NCBI GenBank assembly: GCA_964408805.1
Contig: CAYPAV010000022.1
Coordinates: forward strand, 17,227 to 81,226
Direction: 5' to 3'
Origin: an uncultured Rhodospirillaceae bacterium
Lineage (GTDB): Bacteria; Pseudomonadota; Alphaproteobacteria; UBA8366
DNA length: 64,000 nt
The notes under the pieces were generated by a model. It was not told where the DNA came from. It did no database searches and saw nothing but the letters and a program-made list of their open reading frames with translations. This document shows positions 40,022 to 48,849 of the stretch, one piece after another; within the stretch, counting starts at the first letter, position 1; the number at the start of each line of letters is the position of its first letter. Position numbers and translations under genes: made by a program.

Positions 40022-41128
40022 ATGAGCAAAGGCGAACGGACGATAGCCTTGATGCGGCCGAAATTGCCCGATTCAGCGGCTCTGGCCCCCTATCTGAAGG
40101 AAATCGACGAAAATCGATGGTACAGCAATTTCGGACCGCTCGAGCGGCGCTTCGAAGCGCGTCTCGCGGAACATTTCGCTATCGGGGCCCGGGAACTCGT
40201 ATGCGTCAGCAACGGAACCCAAGGCCTTATCGTCGCTTTGCAGTCGGTCACCCGGGCGCCCGTCGGATATTGCGTGATGCCCGCCTTTACCTTTGCCGCC
40301 ACAGCCCATGCCGCGGTTGCTGCCGGCCTCGAGCCCTGGTTCGTCGATGTCGAAGCGGAGACTTGGACGCTAACGCCGGAGATGCTGCGGGAACAGCTCC
40401 CGCGACTGGACGAACCCGTGGCCGCGGTCATGCCGGTCGCTCCTTTCGGTGCCGCGCCCGATGTCGCGGGCTGGGACGCATTCTGCGAGGAAACCGGCAT
40501 TCCCGTCGTGATCGATGCGGCGGCGAGTTTCGATACCGCGATCGCCGGGCATTCGCCCGTTATGATCAGTCTTCATGCGACGAAAGCCCTCGGCATCGGC
40601 GAGGGGGGGATCGTTCTTTGCCGCCGGCCGGATGCCATCGAGCGCGCGCGCGCCGGGCGGAATTTCGGTTTCCGAGAGGAGCGCGTCTCGCTGGTTGCCG
40701 GAACCAACGCGAAACTGAGCGAATACGGTGCCGCGGTCGGCCTGGCGGCACTTGATATTTGGCCGGAAACACGAGCTCGTCTGGCCGCGGTTTCAGCGTG
40801 TTATCACGAATCTTTCGTGGGGCTCGAGGGTGTCGAATTCGCGCCCGCATTCGCGGGTGAAGGTATCAGTTCGACCTGCAACGTAATCCTCGATTCTCCA
40901 ATCGGGGACAAGGTGATCGCCGCTTTGGACGGTGCCGATATTGAATCGCGCCGATGGTGGAACCGGGGTTGCCACCGCGAACCGGTCTTTTTGGGCTGCC
41001 GCCGATCCGCGTTGCCGGTCTCCGAGGATTTGGCCGAACGGGTCGTCGGTTTGCCCTATCACGGTGGCCTTCGGGCAGCGGAAATCGAGCGAATCCGAGA
41101 TGTTATGGATGCTGTGCCAACCGGGTAA
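40022..41128 (+). CDS. DegT/DnrJ/EryC1/StrS sugar aminotransferase
   Basis: YSNFGP, SNGT, PAFTFAAT, IDAA, SLHATK (PLP lysine), GEGG, NAKLSE. Confidence 0.92.
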   Translation: MSKGERTIALMRPKLPDSAALAPYLKEIDENRWYSNFGPLERRFEARLAEHFAIGARELVCVSNGTQGLIVALQSVTRAPVGYCVMPAFTFAATAHAAVAAGLEPWFVDVEAETWTLTPEMLREQLPRLDEPVAAVMPVAPFGAAPDVAGWDAFCEETGIPVVIDAAASFDTAIAGHSPVMISLHATKALGIGEGGIVLCRRPDAIERARAGRNFGFREERVSLVAGTNAKLSEYGAAVGLAALDIWPETRARLAAVSACYHESFVGLEGVEFAPAFAGEGISSTCNVILDSPIGDKVIAALDGADIESRRWWNRGCHREPVFLGCRRSALPVSEDLAERVVGLPYHGGLRAAEIERIRDVMDAVPTG

Positions 41129-41170
41129 GAGTTTCCGGATTTGGCAATAGTTACCGGGTAATTCTTGTCT
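41121..41170. promoter_or_regulatory. Degenerate ftr-like (FlbD-type enhancer) elements upstream of flagellin 1
   Basis: CCGGGTAAGAGTTTCCGG, TGGCAATAGTTACCGG, CGGGTAATTCTTGTC about 80-125 bp upstream of the sigma54 site. Confidence 0.4.
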
Positions 41171-41244
41171 TTCAGCCATTGGAACAATTGCGCTCCAATA
41201 GAATTAACCATTAAATATCAATTAGTTCAGTAAAATTTAAAAGA

Positions 41245-41259
41245 TGGCACCGCCATTGC
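41245..41259 (+). promoter_or_regulatory. Sigma54 -24/-12 promoter of flagellin 1
   Basis: TGGCAC-CGCCA-TTGC, a perfect TGGCAC-N5-TTGC match, preceded by an AT-rich tract. Confidence 0.88.
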
Positions 41260-41368
41260 CCCTAATGGATTCGAAATACCGCGTCCAGAGTGGGAGTGTG
41301 CCAAGGAATGATCCCCGCAACCGACGTTAAGTGCCAAGTAGCCAAACTAGCCGGAAAGGAGTTGGCAA

Positions 41369-42196
41369 ATGGCGGACAAAGTTAGTTTGAGCCAGGCGGT
41401 TCGCGGCAATCTCTTATCATTGCAGCGAACGTCATCGCTCATCGATCAGACGAACTCGCGTCTTTCGACGGGTTTGAAAGTGAATTCAGCGGTGGATGAC
41501 GCGAGCGCGTTCTTCACATCTCGGGCACTGGAAAACCGAGCCAACGATCTCGTCGAATTGAAGAGCGGTATCGATCTCGCGATCAGCACCATTCAGGCGG
41601 GCCTCGACGGTATCGAGGCGATCACCGACCTGGTCGATCAGGCCAAGGGCCTCGCCAGCAACGCCAAGGCCACCGGCGATACCAACGAACGCTCGACCCT
41701 CGCGGTTCAGTTCAACGAGCTTTTGACGCAGATAGATGCGCTGGCGAACGACGCGACGTTCAATGGGAGCAATCTCATTAAGGCGACGCCCGATAATCTC
41801 GAGGTCATATTCAACGAGAACAACACCAGCAACCTCACGATCACCGGGCTCGATACGACGACCGCGTCTACAGGCATCAATCTCTCTGTTGCGGCGAATA
41901 ATTTCGGCTTGAACGCCAATGTCGATACGGCTTTGACGGCGATTTCGAGCGCCCTGGTTACCTTGCGCGGCAACGCCTCGACCATGGGTTCGAGCAACAC
42001 GATCCTGAGCACGCGCTTGGAGTTCACTCAAAATTTGGTGAATACGCTGGAAGACGGTGCGGGCAAGTTGACCCTGGCCGATCTCAACGAGGAAAGCGCC
42101 AATCTGCTGGCCCTTCAAATTCGTCAGCAATTGGGCACCAACTCGCTGGCCCTTGCAGCGCAGAGCGAGCGGTCGATCCTCAGCCTCTTCGGATAG
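41369..42196 (+). CDS. fliC: Flagellin (short, 275 aa)
   Basis: RLSTGLKVNSAVDD, DATFNG.NL, LTLADLNEESANLLALQ.RQQL, ILSLF. Confidence 0.92.
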   Translation: MADKVSLSQAVRGNLLSLQRTSSLIDQTNSRLSTGLKVNSAVDDASAFFTSRALENRANDLVELKSGIDLAISTIQAGLDGIEAITDLVDQAKGLASNAKATGDTNERSTLAVQFNELLTQIDALANDATFNGSNLIKATPDNLEVIFNENNTSNLTITGLDTTTASTGINLSVAANNFGLNANVDTALTAISSALVTLRGNASTMGSSNTILSTRLEFTQNLVNTLEDGAGKLTLADLNEESANLLALQIRQQLGTNSLALAAQSERSILSLFG

Positions 42197-42255
42197 GTTT
42201 CGCGAGGCGCGCGCATTCCGGCAGGTCGCGCCAACTGGAACGTTTTTGCCGCCGC

Positions 42256-42316
42256 CCGGGCAGATTTTGCCCGGCGCGGTCGGCAAATATTTCCCATCCG
42301 GCAATTTTCGACCAGT
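42256..42316. promoter_or_regulatory. ftr-like enhancer array upstream of flagellin 2
   Basis: Palindrome CCGGGCA-GATTT-TGCCCGG (42256-42274) followed by related copies CGGCAAATATTTCCC and CCGGCAATTTTCGACC, about 55-115 bp before the sigma54 site. Confidence 0.6.
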
Positions 42317-42369
42317 CGAAATACCGCCAACGGCGGATTAAGCCCCAAAATCCCTGACATTTTCGAAAT

Positions 42370-42384
42370 TGGCACACCCGTTGC
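42370..42384 (+). promoter_or_regulatory. Sigma54 -24/-12 promoter of flagellin 2
   Basis: TGGCAC-ACCCG-TTGC, perfect consensus. Confidence 0.88.
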
Positions 42385-42496
42385 GCCTAATCCGGGCGGT
42401 CGTCGTTCCGTCGATAGAATGTCAACGGGCTTCGACCATAAACCAACGACCGCAGAAAGCGGTTGTTACCATGTGTCCTAGAATAGGAGCAATGAC

Positions 42497-43324
42497 ATGG
42501 CGGAAGCTGTCAATCTAACACAGACGGTTCGTTCGAACCTTCTGACACTCCAGAAAACCTCCGGACTTATCGCCAGGACGCAGACGCGTCTGTCGACTGG
42601 TTTGAAGGTCAACAACGCGATCGACGATGCCGCGGCGTTCTTTACCGCCAAGGCGTTGAGCAACGCAGGCAACGATTTGGCCGGACTGAAGTCCAGTATC
42701 GATCTGGCCATCAGTACGATTCAGGCGGCCATCGACGGTATCGATGCCATCACCGAACTGGTCAACCAGGCAAAGGGTCTGGCCAGTAACGCGAAGGCGA
42801 CGGGTGATACCAACGAGCGCTCGACCCTGGCGGTGCAGTTCAACGAACTGTTGTCGCAGATCGACACCCTTGCCAAAGATGCGAGTTTCAACGGCACCAA
42901 CCTTCTGAAGGCGACGCCCGACAACCTCGCGGTGGAGTTCAACAGCGACAATACCAGTAACCTGACGATCACCGGCCTCGACTCGACGACGGCGTCGACC
43001 GGTATCAACATCGGTGTCGCGGCCAACAACTTCGGTCTCAGTGCCAATGTCGATACGGCGTTGACCGCGATCTCGAGTGCGCTTTCGACTCTGCGGTCGA
43101 ACGCTTCGACGTTGGGTTCGAACAACACCATCTTGTCGACGAGACTTGAATTCACACAGAAACTCGTCACCACCCTCGAAGGCGGTTCCGGCAAACTCAC
43201 GCTGGCCGACCTTAACGAGGAAAGTGCAAACCTGCTGGCTCTCCAAACCCGTCAGCAGCTGGGTATTAACTCCCTGGCCCTCGCCGCGCAGAGCGAGCGG
43301 TCAATTCTGGCGCTCTTCGGTTAA
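42497..43324 (+). CDS. fliC: Flagellin (short, 275 aa; paralog of 41369-42196)
   Basis: Same D0/D1 motifs and identical length; many synonymous differences from copy 1. Confidence 0.92.
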   Translation: MAEAVNLTQTVRSNLLTLQKTSGLIARTQTRLSTGLKVNNAIDDAAAFFTAKALSNAGNDLAGLKSSIDLAISTIQAAIDGIDAITELVNQAKGLASNAKATGDTNERSTLAVQFNELLSQIDTLAKDASFNGTNLLKATPDNLAVEFNSDNTSNLTITGLDSTTASTGINIGVAANNFGLSANVDTALTAISSALSTLRSNASTLGSNNTILSTRLEFTQKLVTTLEGGSGKLTLADLNEESANLLALQTRQQLGINSLALAAQSERSILALFG

Positions 43325-43349
43325 TACCCAATCGGGTTCATTCGGACCC

Positions 43350-43383
43350 AAGGCGGGGGCCAATCGGCCCCCGCCTTTATTTT
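43350..43383 (+). terminator. Rho-independent terminator after flagellin 2
   Basis: AAGGCGGGGGCC-AATC-GGCCCCCGCCTT followed by TATTTT. Confidence 0.85.
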
Positions 43384-43503
43384 GGGGATCGTAATATATC
43401 GCCCTTGGCGCAAGGCCGTGATATATAGGGTCTATGTTAGTGATCGCCAATTTTGGCGGCTCGTTCGCGCCAGTATTCCCCTCCAGTCACGCGGTCGAAG
43501 ATC

Positions 43504-43896
43504 ATGCCACTTAAACTTATCCTCAAGCCGGGCGAGAAGGTCATCATCAACCAGGCCGTGGTGTTGAACGGCGGCGAGAAGACCGAACTTGTCCTGCAAA
43601 ACAAGGCCAGCGTGATGCGCGAGCGCGACATCATGACTGAGACGGGCGCCGACAGTCCTGCGAAGAACATATATTTTGCGGTTCAGATGATGTATATGTT
43701 TCCCGAAAAGGAACGGCATTATCAAGAAAGATTTAACGAAATGGTAAAGGATTTCATTCAAGCTGTACCTAGTTCGACTCCAATAATACTTGATGTTGGA
43801 AGAAAAGTTATTGAAGGTAATCTTTACAGCGCCATGAAAGAATGCAAGAAATTGATGAAATACGAGGCGGAGGTGCTGAAGCATGTCACCGAGTAG
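43504..43896 (+). CDS. flbT: Flagellin biosynthesis repressor FlbT
   Basis: LKLILKPGEKVIINQAV..IYFAVQMMY..YSAMK; next to flaF and the flagellins. Confidence 0.9.
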   Translation: MPLKLILKPGEKVIINQAVVLNGGEKTELVLQNKASVMRERDIMTETGADSPAKNIYFAVQMMYMFPEKERHYQERFNEMVKDFIQAVPSSTPIILDVGRKVIEGNLYSAMKECKKLMKYEAEVLKHVTE

Positions 43897-44317
43897 CGAC
43901 CCTTATCGCACGTCGATGAAGCTGGGCGCCGAGGCGCGCCAGACCGAAGCACGCGCGTTGATGGAGACTGCTCGGGCACTATCGGACGCACAGGCGAATT
44001 TTGAGGATTTGGACGGTTATCGCTCCGCGCTCCGTCTCAACTGGCGTCTGTGGACGATCTTTCAGTCGGACGTGTCCTCGGCAGAGAGTCCGCTGCCGGA
44101 AGAGATCAAGACGAACATCTTGAATTTGAGCGTTTTCGTCGATAAGCACACGGTCGACGCTTTGGCCAACCCGGAGGCGCGAAAATTGAAGGTGCTGGTC
44201 GACATCAACCGGAATATCGCAAGCGGGTTGATGACGAGCCCGCAAGGTACCGAGCCAAGCGAACCGCCGCCGCCGTCACCGGGTCAATCGTCGGGCGGTG
44301 GTGATATCGTCGCTTGA
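43883..44317 (+). CDS. flaF: Flagellin biosynthesis regulator FlaF
   Basis: EARAL..NWRLWTIFQ..LPEEIK.NILNL..DINRNIASGL. Confidence 0.9.
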   Translation: MSPSSDPYRTSMKLGAEARQTEARALMETARALSDAQANFEDLDGYRSALRLNWRLWTIFQSDVSSAESPLPEEIKTNILNLSVFVDKHTVDALANPEARKLKVLVDINRNIASGLMTSPQGTEPSEPPPPSPGQSSGGGDIVA

Positions 44318-44329
44318 CGCTCGTTCGGT

Positions 44330-45070
44330 CTAACCCGAGCGATTCGGCTCTTTTTTTTCCAGGACGACGAACAAACGAAAGGCCATGAACCTGCCGAGAT
44401 AGGGCAGCAGGGCCTCTTCCAGTTTCAGTACCGGTCGGACAAATGAGCTCGCGATCAGTGTCCATGATTTGAATCCGCCCGACATCGGGTAGGCGAACAT
44501 CGATTTGTATCGGGTCTCTCCCGACAGAAGATCGAAGTTCGGAACCAGATCCGCGAAACGCGCGGCCTGCTTTACGAACATGATCGTCGGGATGGCCTGG
44601 TTGCTCGCCAGGGGATCTCTCGATGGGTTGGGTGTTCCTTTCTTGAAGGGGTCCTCCGTCATGTTGACCGGCTCGTCGTGCAGGAACCGATAGAATGGGC
44701 TGCTGAAAGGTGTGATGGCCGGCTCCAAGGCAATCACGTGGCCGCCCGGCCGCAAGAGGCGCCCGGCCTCCTCGATGAATAGCACCGGAAACTCGATATG
44801 GTGCAACACGTCGACCATCACGATATTGTCGAATGTGGCGTCGGCGAACGGCAGTTGTTGGGCGTCGGCCACGGCATCAAGCCAAGATGTCGCCTGAAGG
44901 TCGATTGAAATGACGTCGGGCCGCACACTTTTCAGATTACCGGACCCGCCGCCGATCTCGAGTGTCGTGCCCGGGACGCAGGCGGCGGCGATGTCGTCGT
45001 AAAAATCCTCGTAGATCGTCCGCAGGCTGGGTTTGGCGCGCCAAATCTCGCGATATTCGGACGGCTCCAC
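44330..45070 (-). CDS. Class I SAM-dependent methyltransferase
   Basis: LEIGGGSG, DAQQLPF..FD, DVLHH, LRPGG. Confidence 0.85.
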   Translation of the reverse strand: MEPSEYREIWRAKPSLRTIYEDFYDDIAAACVPGTTLEIGGGSGNLKSVRPDVISIDLQATSWLDAVADAQQLPFADATFDNIVMVDVLHHIEFPVLFIEEAGRLLRPGGHVIALEPAITPFSSPFYRFLHDEPVNMTEDPFKKGTPNPSRDPLASNQAIPTIMFVKQAARFADLVPNFDLLSGETRYKSMFAYPMSGGFKSWTLIASSFVRPVLKLEEALLPYLGRFMAFRLFVVLEKKEPNRSG

Positions 45071-45073
45071 GGT

Positions 45074-46528
45074 TCAGAACGCTTTCAGCCTTCGAAACGC
45101 GAAGACCACCATGCGCAATAATTGCCAGCCATGGGCGAATCTCGAAATCTGCGTCTCGCCGTATTGGCGCGCTTTATAACGGATTGGAACCTCGATGATT
45201 TTCAGGTTTTGTTTCTGGGCCCCGAATATCAGATAGAAATCGCCGAACGGATCGTATTCCTCGAATTCGCCGCAATATTTTTCGATCTTTCGGAAATTCG
45301 CCTTGGTGATGACTTTGGTTCCGCAGAGCGTATCGGTGAAGCGCTGGTTCAACAACCAGGTAAACAGCAGCGAAAACGTGCTGTTGGCCCAACGATTCAG
45401 GGTTCGCATGGCCTCGACTTCCTGTGGATAGACCATCCGGGATCCGTTGATGAACTCGCCCTTTCCGTCGACCAGGGCGCGATAGAACTTCGGCAGGTCC
45501 TCGGGCGGCATCGTCAGGTCGGCATCGAGGATCATGAGAATGTCGCCACGCGCGGCGTCGAAACCCTGCTTCACCGCTGGCCATTTGCCGCGACTCTCCT
45601 GTTTCAGGAATTTTATGTCGTATTGCGGGTAGGCGCCGATGACCCGCTCGATTTCCGCGGCCGTGTCGTCCCCGCTGCCGCCTTCGACGAAGATGATTTC
45701 CAGGTCGGCACAGAAATCGGGCATTCGGGTGATCGCCGGCTCGATATTCCCCGCCTCGTTCTTGGCCGGGATGACCACCGTGGCGGACGGCTCCTCAAGT
45801 CCCTGCCGGCGGCTCGATCGCGCGACCAGATAGTTCTGCAAGCAAGCCCGTCGGATGCCCGGTAGGGAGGCGACGTATCGGTTCAACAGGGTGCCGAGGC
45901 CAAACATTCGTCGCGGGAGGAGTTGGCGCCATTCGGTCTTGATCGGATCGAAGTCGGTGAGTTTCAGCAATTCCTTGAGCGCGTTTGGCGATAGCCAATT
46001 CACCTTTGGACGGGGCATTCTTAGTCCAAACGCTTCCGCCAACCAGAGCGTGGGCTCCCAAAGCCAAGAGTAATGTCCGATAACAATTCGCGTGTCACGA
46101 TCACAGAACTTGTGAAGGCTTTCAAATAATTCTGCAATATCTTCTAAATACCCAACAGTATTAGATAATATTATATAATCAAAAGTCCCCTCAATATTAT
46201 TAAATATTTCAGGGTCTTCAATGTTTCCGGCAAAGAACTCAAGATCCGGATAAGCGGCGCGCGCCAGGTCGACCATATTCTCGCTGATATCGACACCAAC
46301 GCCACGGGTCGGTTTCAATTCATCCAGCAATCGCCCCAGCCCCGAACCGAGATCTAGGATCCTGCAACCCTCTGGAATCAGAAATTTTAAATACTTGTAA
46401 TGTTCTCCATGATAAAATTCATTTTTTATCATCCAGTTTTCACGGTTTTCCGAGATTTGATTAAAATACCTTCGAAGGGTTTCGTGTTGAATATTTATAG
46501 TTTTTTGTGATTTATTCATAGTATTCAT
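45074..46528 (-). CDS. Methyltransferase-GT2 (Dpm1-like) fusion
   Basis: N-terminal LDLGSGLG..GVDIS; C-terminal VIPAKNEAGNI, DAD, DTLCGTK, R.YGET. Confidence 0.85.
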   Translation of the reverse strand: MNTMNKSQKTINIQHETLRRYFNQISENRENWMIKNEFYHGEHYKYLKFLIPEGCRILDLGSGLGRLLDELKPTRGVGVDISENMVDLARAAYPDLEFFAGNIEDPEIFNNIEGTFDYIILSNTVGYLEDIAELFESLHKFCDRDTRIVIGHYSWLWEPTLWLAEAFGLRMPRPKVNWLSPNALKELLKLTDFDPIKTEWRQLLPRRMFGLGTLLNRYVASLPGIRRACLQNYLVARSSRRQGLEEPSATVVIPAKNEAGNIEPAITRMPDFCADLEIIFVEGGSGDDTAAEIERVIGAYPQYDIKFLKQESRGKWPAVKQGFDAARGDILMILDADLTMPPEDLPKFYRALVDGKGEFINGSRMVYPQEVEAMRTLNRWANSTFSLLFTWLLNQRFTDTLCGTKVITKANFRKIEKYCGEFEEYDPFGDFYLIFGAQKQNLKIIEVPIRYKARQYGETQISRFAHGWQLLRMVVFAFRRLKAF

Positions 46529-46814
46529 AAGCTTTACTAATTAGTACATTTATTATTTCGGTAATACGATTTTTCATTAGGGAAGTGGATAAGTAAAAGT
46601 TGGATTCTCACATCCGCGCATGAGGGAACGAGCCTTGAAACGATGATCATAATATAGGCGGCGGCCAAGTGCGAAAAGTCGTAACTTTGAGGCAACATCA
46701 AATAATTGAAACGAATTCACCCGCTGCAAGGATAAAAGCGCAAGCTGCTTTGAAAGTAAAAAAGACCGTTGGCCCAAGTAATCACGGTAAAGGCTCGATA
46801 GCCAGCTTGCTCGT

Positions 46815-48849
46815 CTATTCTTGATCGGAATTTTCGATCTTGAAACCTTGGGGCCGTTCGCCCATCGACCGCAGGGTCCAAATACGCTTGTAGGCGGCCT
46901 CTAGCGAGCGGGCGAAGGCGGTGGTGTTGAAAAGCGGTTTGGTTATGCGGTGGGTGCCAATCTTGGCGCGGAGCGCCGCCAGTGCCTCCGGCTCTTGGGC
47001 CAGGGCCAGGGCCCGGCGCTCGTATTCGCCAAGGTCGGCGGTGATCAATTCGGGAATGCCGATGGCTTCGAGCAGGCTCGCCGAAACCCGGGATGCGAAA
47101 TGCCGTCCGATCATGGTGACGACCGGTACGCCGGCCCGCAATGCGTCGCTGGTTGTCGTGTGACCGTTGTAGAGTCGCGTATCAAGTGCCAGATCGGCGA
47201 TCGAGAGGCGCGTCAGATGTTTGTCGCGCGCCACCATGTCGGCGAAGACGAGACGTGCCGGATCGACGCCCGCCGCCATCGCGGCGGCTCGCAGGTTGTG
47301 TTGGGCGAGTTCGTTGTTGGCCAATAGCCACAGCACGCTATCGGGGGTGTTCGACAATAGAGACATCCAAATTTCAAATATATTTCGATCAAATTTCAAA
47401 GTATTATTAAAAGAACAGTAAATAAAAATGTCATCATTATTAAAGAAATTTGATTTAATTCCACATAATTTTTTAGATTTTGAATAATCATAGTTTATTT
47501 GATATGAATTTGGCATGTAGATTAAGTTTTCCGAGAAATATTCGGACGCATCGGCCGGCGTGACGGTTTCATCGGTGATGGCGTAATCGAAGAAATCGGC
47601 GCCGGTGCTGCCGGGGAAACCGAGATAGGTGATTTGGATCGGTGCCGGTCGAAGCGCGCAAATACCCAGACGATGTCCGCGCGTGTAGCCCTTGAGGTCG
47701 ACCAGAATATCGATCCCGTCCTCGCGAATTCGCGCGGCCGCGTCCCGGTCTGAAAAGGTCCGAATGTCGATGAATTCGTCGGCGGTCGTCTCGGCCGTCC
47801 GGCGCTCGTCGCTGTCGTCGTCTGGGCCGTAGGCGTAAGCGTGGATCTGGAAGCTCGCCCGATCATGGGCTTCGAACAGACCGCCCATGAGATGCATGGT
47901 GGCGTGGTCGTGAAAGTCCCAAGAAAGATAGCCGATCCGGATTAGCTCATCATCACGGGCGGGCACCGCCGGCAGGGCGGGGGCGGTTTTTGCTTCGCCC
48001 GCCAATGCGCAGCTCCACGACCGCGCCACTGCCAAATTCATCGCCGGATCGTCTCGGCGATGAATATTGTCGAGCGGAGGTTCCGGCGCCGGATCGCCCG
48101 CGGCGAGGGCCGCCGCATTGAGGCTGTCGATCGCGGAAGACAACTCATCCGCCGCATCCCAATCGCAGGCAATCCGCAGCAACGGGTACAAGCCCGCGGC
48201 GGCGACATTGTCGTCGGGTTGTCGGGCGAGGGAGCGGCGAAAGGCGTCGATGGCGGCACTCAATCGGCCGGTCTCCGCGCAACAGGCTCCCAAATGGTTT
48301 AAAATCTGCGGGGCCGGTTCAGCCGCGGCGATTCGCTCGAGGTGCGGGATCGCGGCCGTCGCGCGCCCTTGTCGTGCCAAGGCACTGGCCAACCGCTCGA
48401 CGACTTCCGCCTGCATCGGCACGGATTCCAGCGCCGATTCATAACGAACCGCCGCCGCTTCGAATTCGCCGAGCGCCACCAACACATCGCCCAACCCGAC
48501 CAATGCCTCGATGTGATCCGGATTCCCCGACAAAACGAAGTCGAAATACTCGACTGCTTCATCATATCTTCCAGAATTGGACAGTAAATTAGCCAGTAAT
48601 ACTGATCTTGATTCGTCACTCGGTTCAATAATAATAGATTTTTTTTAATGTATCTATTGCTATTTCTACATTATTTAACTTGATATTTATTATGGATGAT
48701 AAATATAGTCCTTCGGAATTTTCTGGATTTATTTTAAGGGCCGCATCGCAATAGGCGGCTGCCTTGTCGAACTCGCCGGCCTCCGCATGGCGCGCGGCCG
48801 CCGCCAAGAGGGCTGTCGGATCTTGTTTGTCGATGGGCGCGGAGGTCAT
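46815..48849 (-). pseudogene. TPR plus GT41 (OGT/SPINDLY-like) glycosyltransferase, frameshifted in an A8 run
   Basis: IGYLSWDFHDHA, DILVDLKGYT, RPAPIQITYLGFPG, SFNN..K, LDT.LYNGHTT; the ATG at 48849 overlaps the upstream stop; span 2035 nt = 3n+1; removing one A at 48639-48646 joins both ORFs. Confidence 0.82.

Noticed and set aside
41369-43324. Two flagellins as a recent duplication or assembly repeat
   Set aside because: Extensive synonymous divergence and different upstream regions indicate old paralogs
46577-46777. 66-aa ORF in the AT-rich intergenic gap
   Set aside because: No recognisable motif or RBS; more likely a promoter region
46080-48740. AT-rich patches as diversity-generating retroelement variable regions
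   Set aside because: No reverse transcriptase or template/variable repeat pair is visible, and DGRs mutate adenines away rather than enriching A/T
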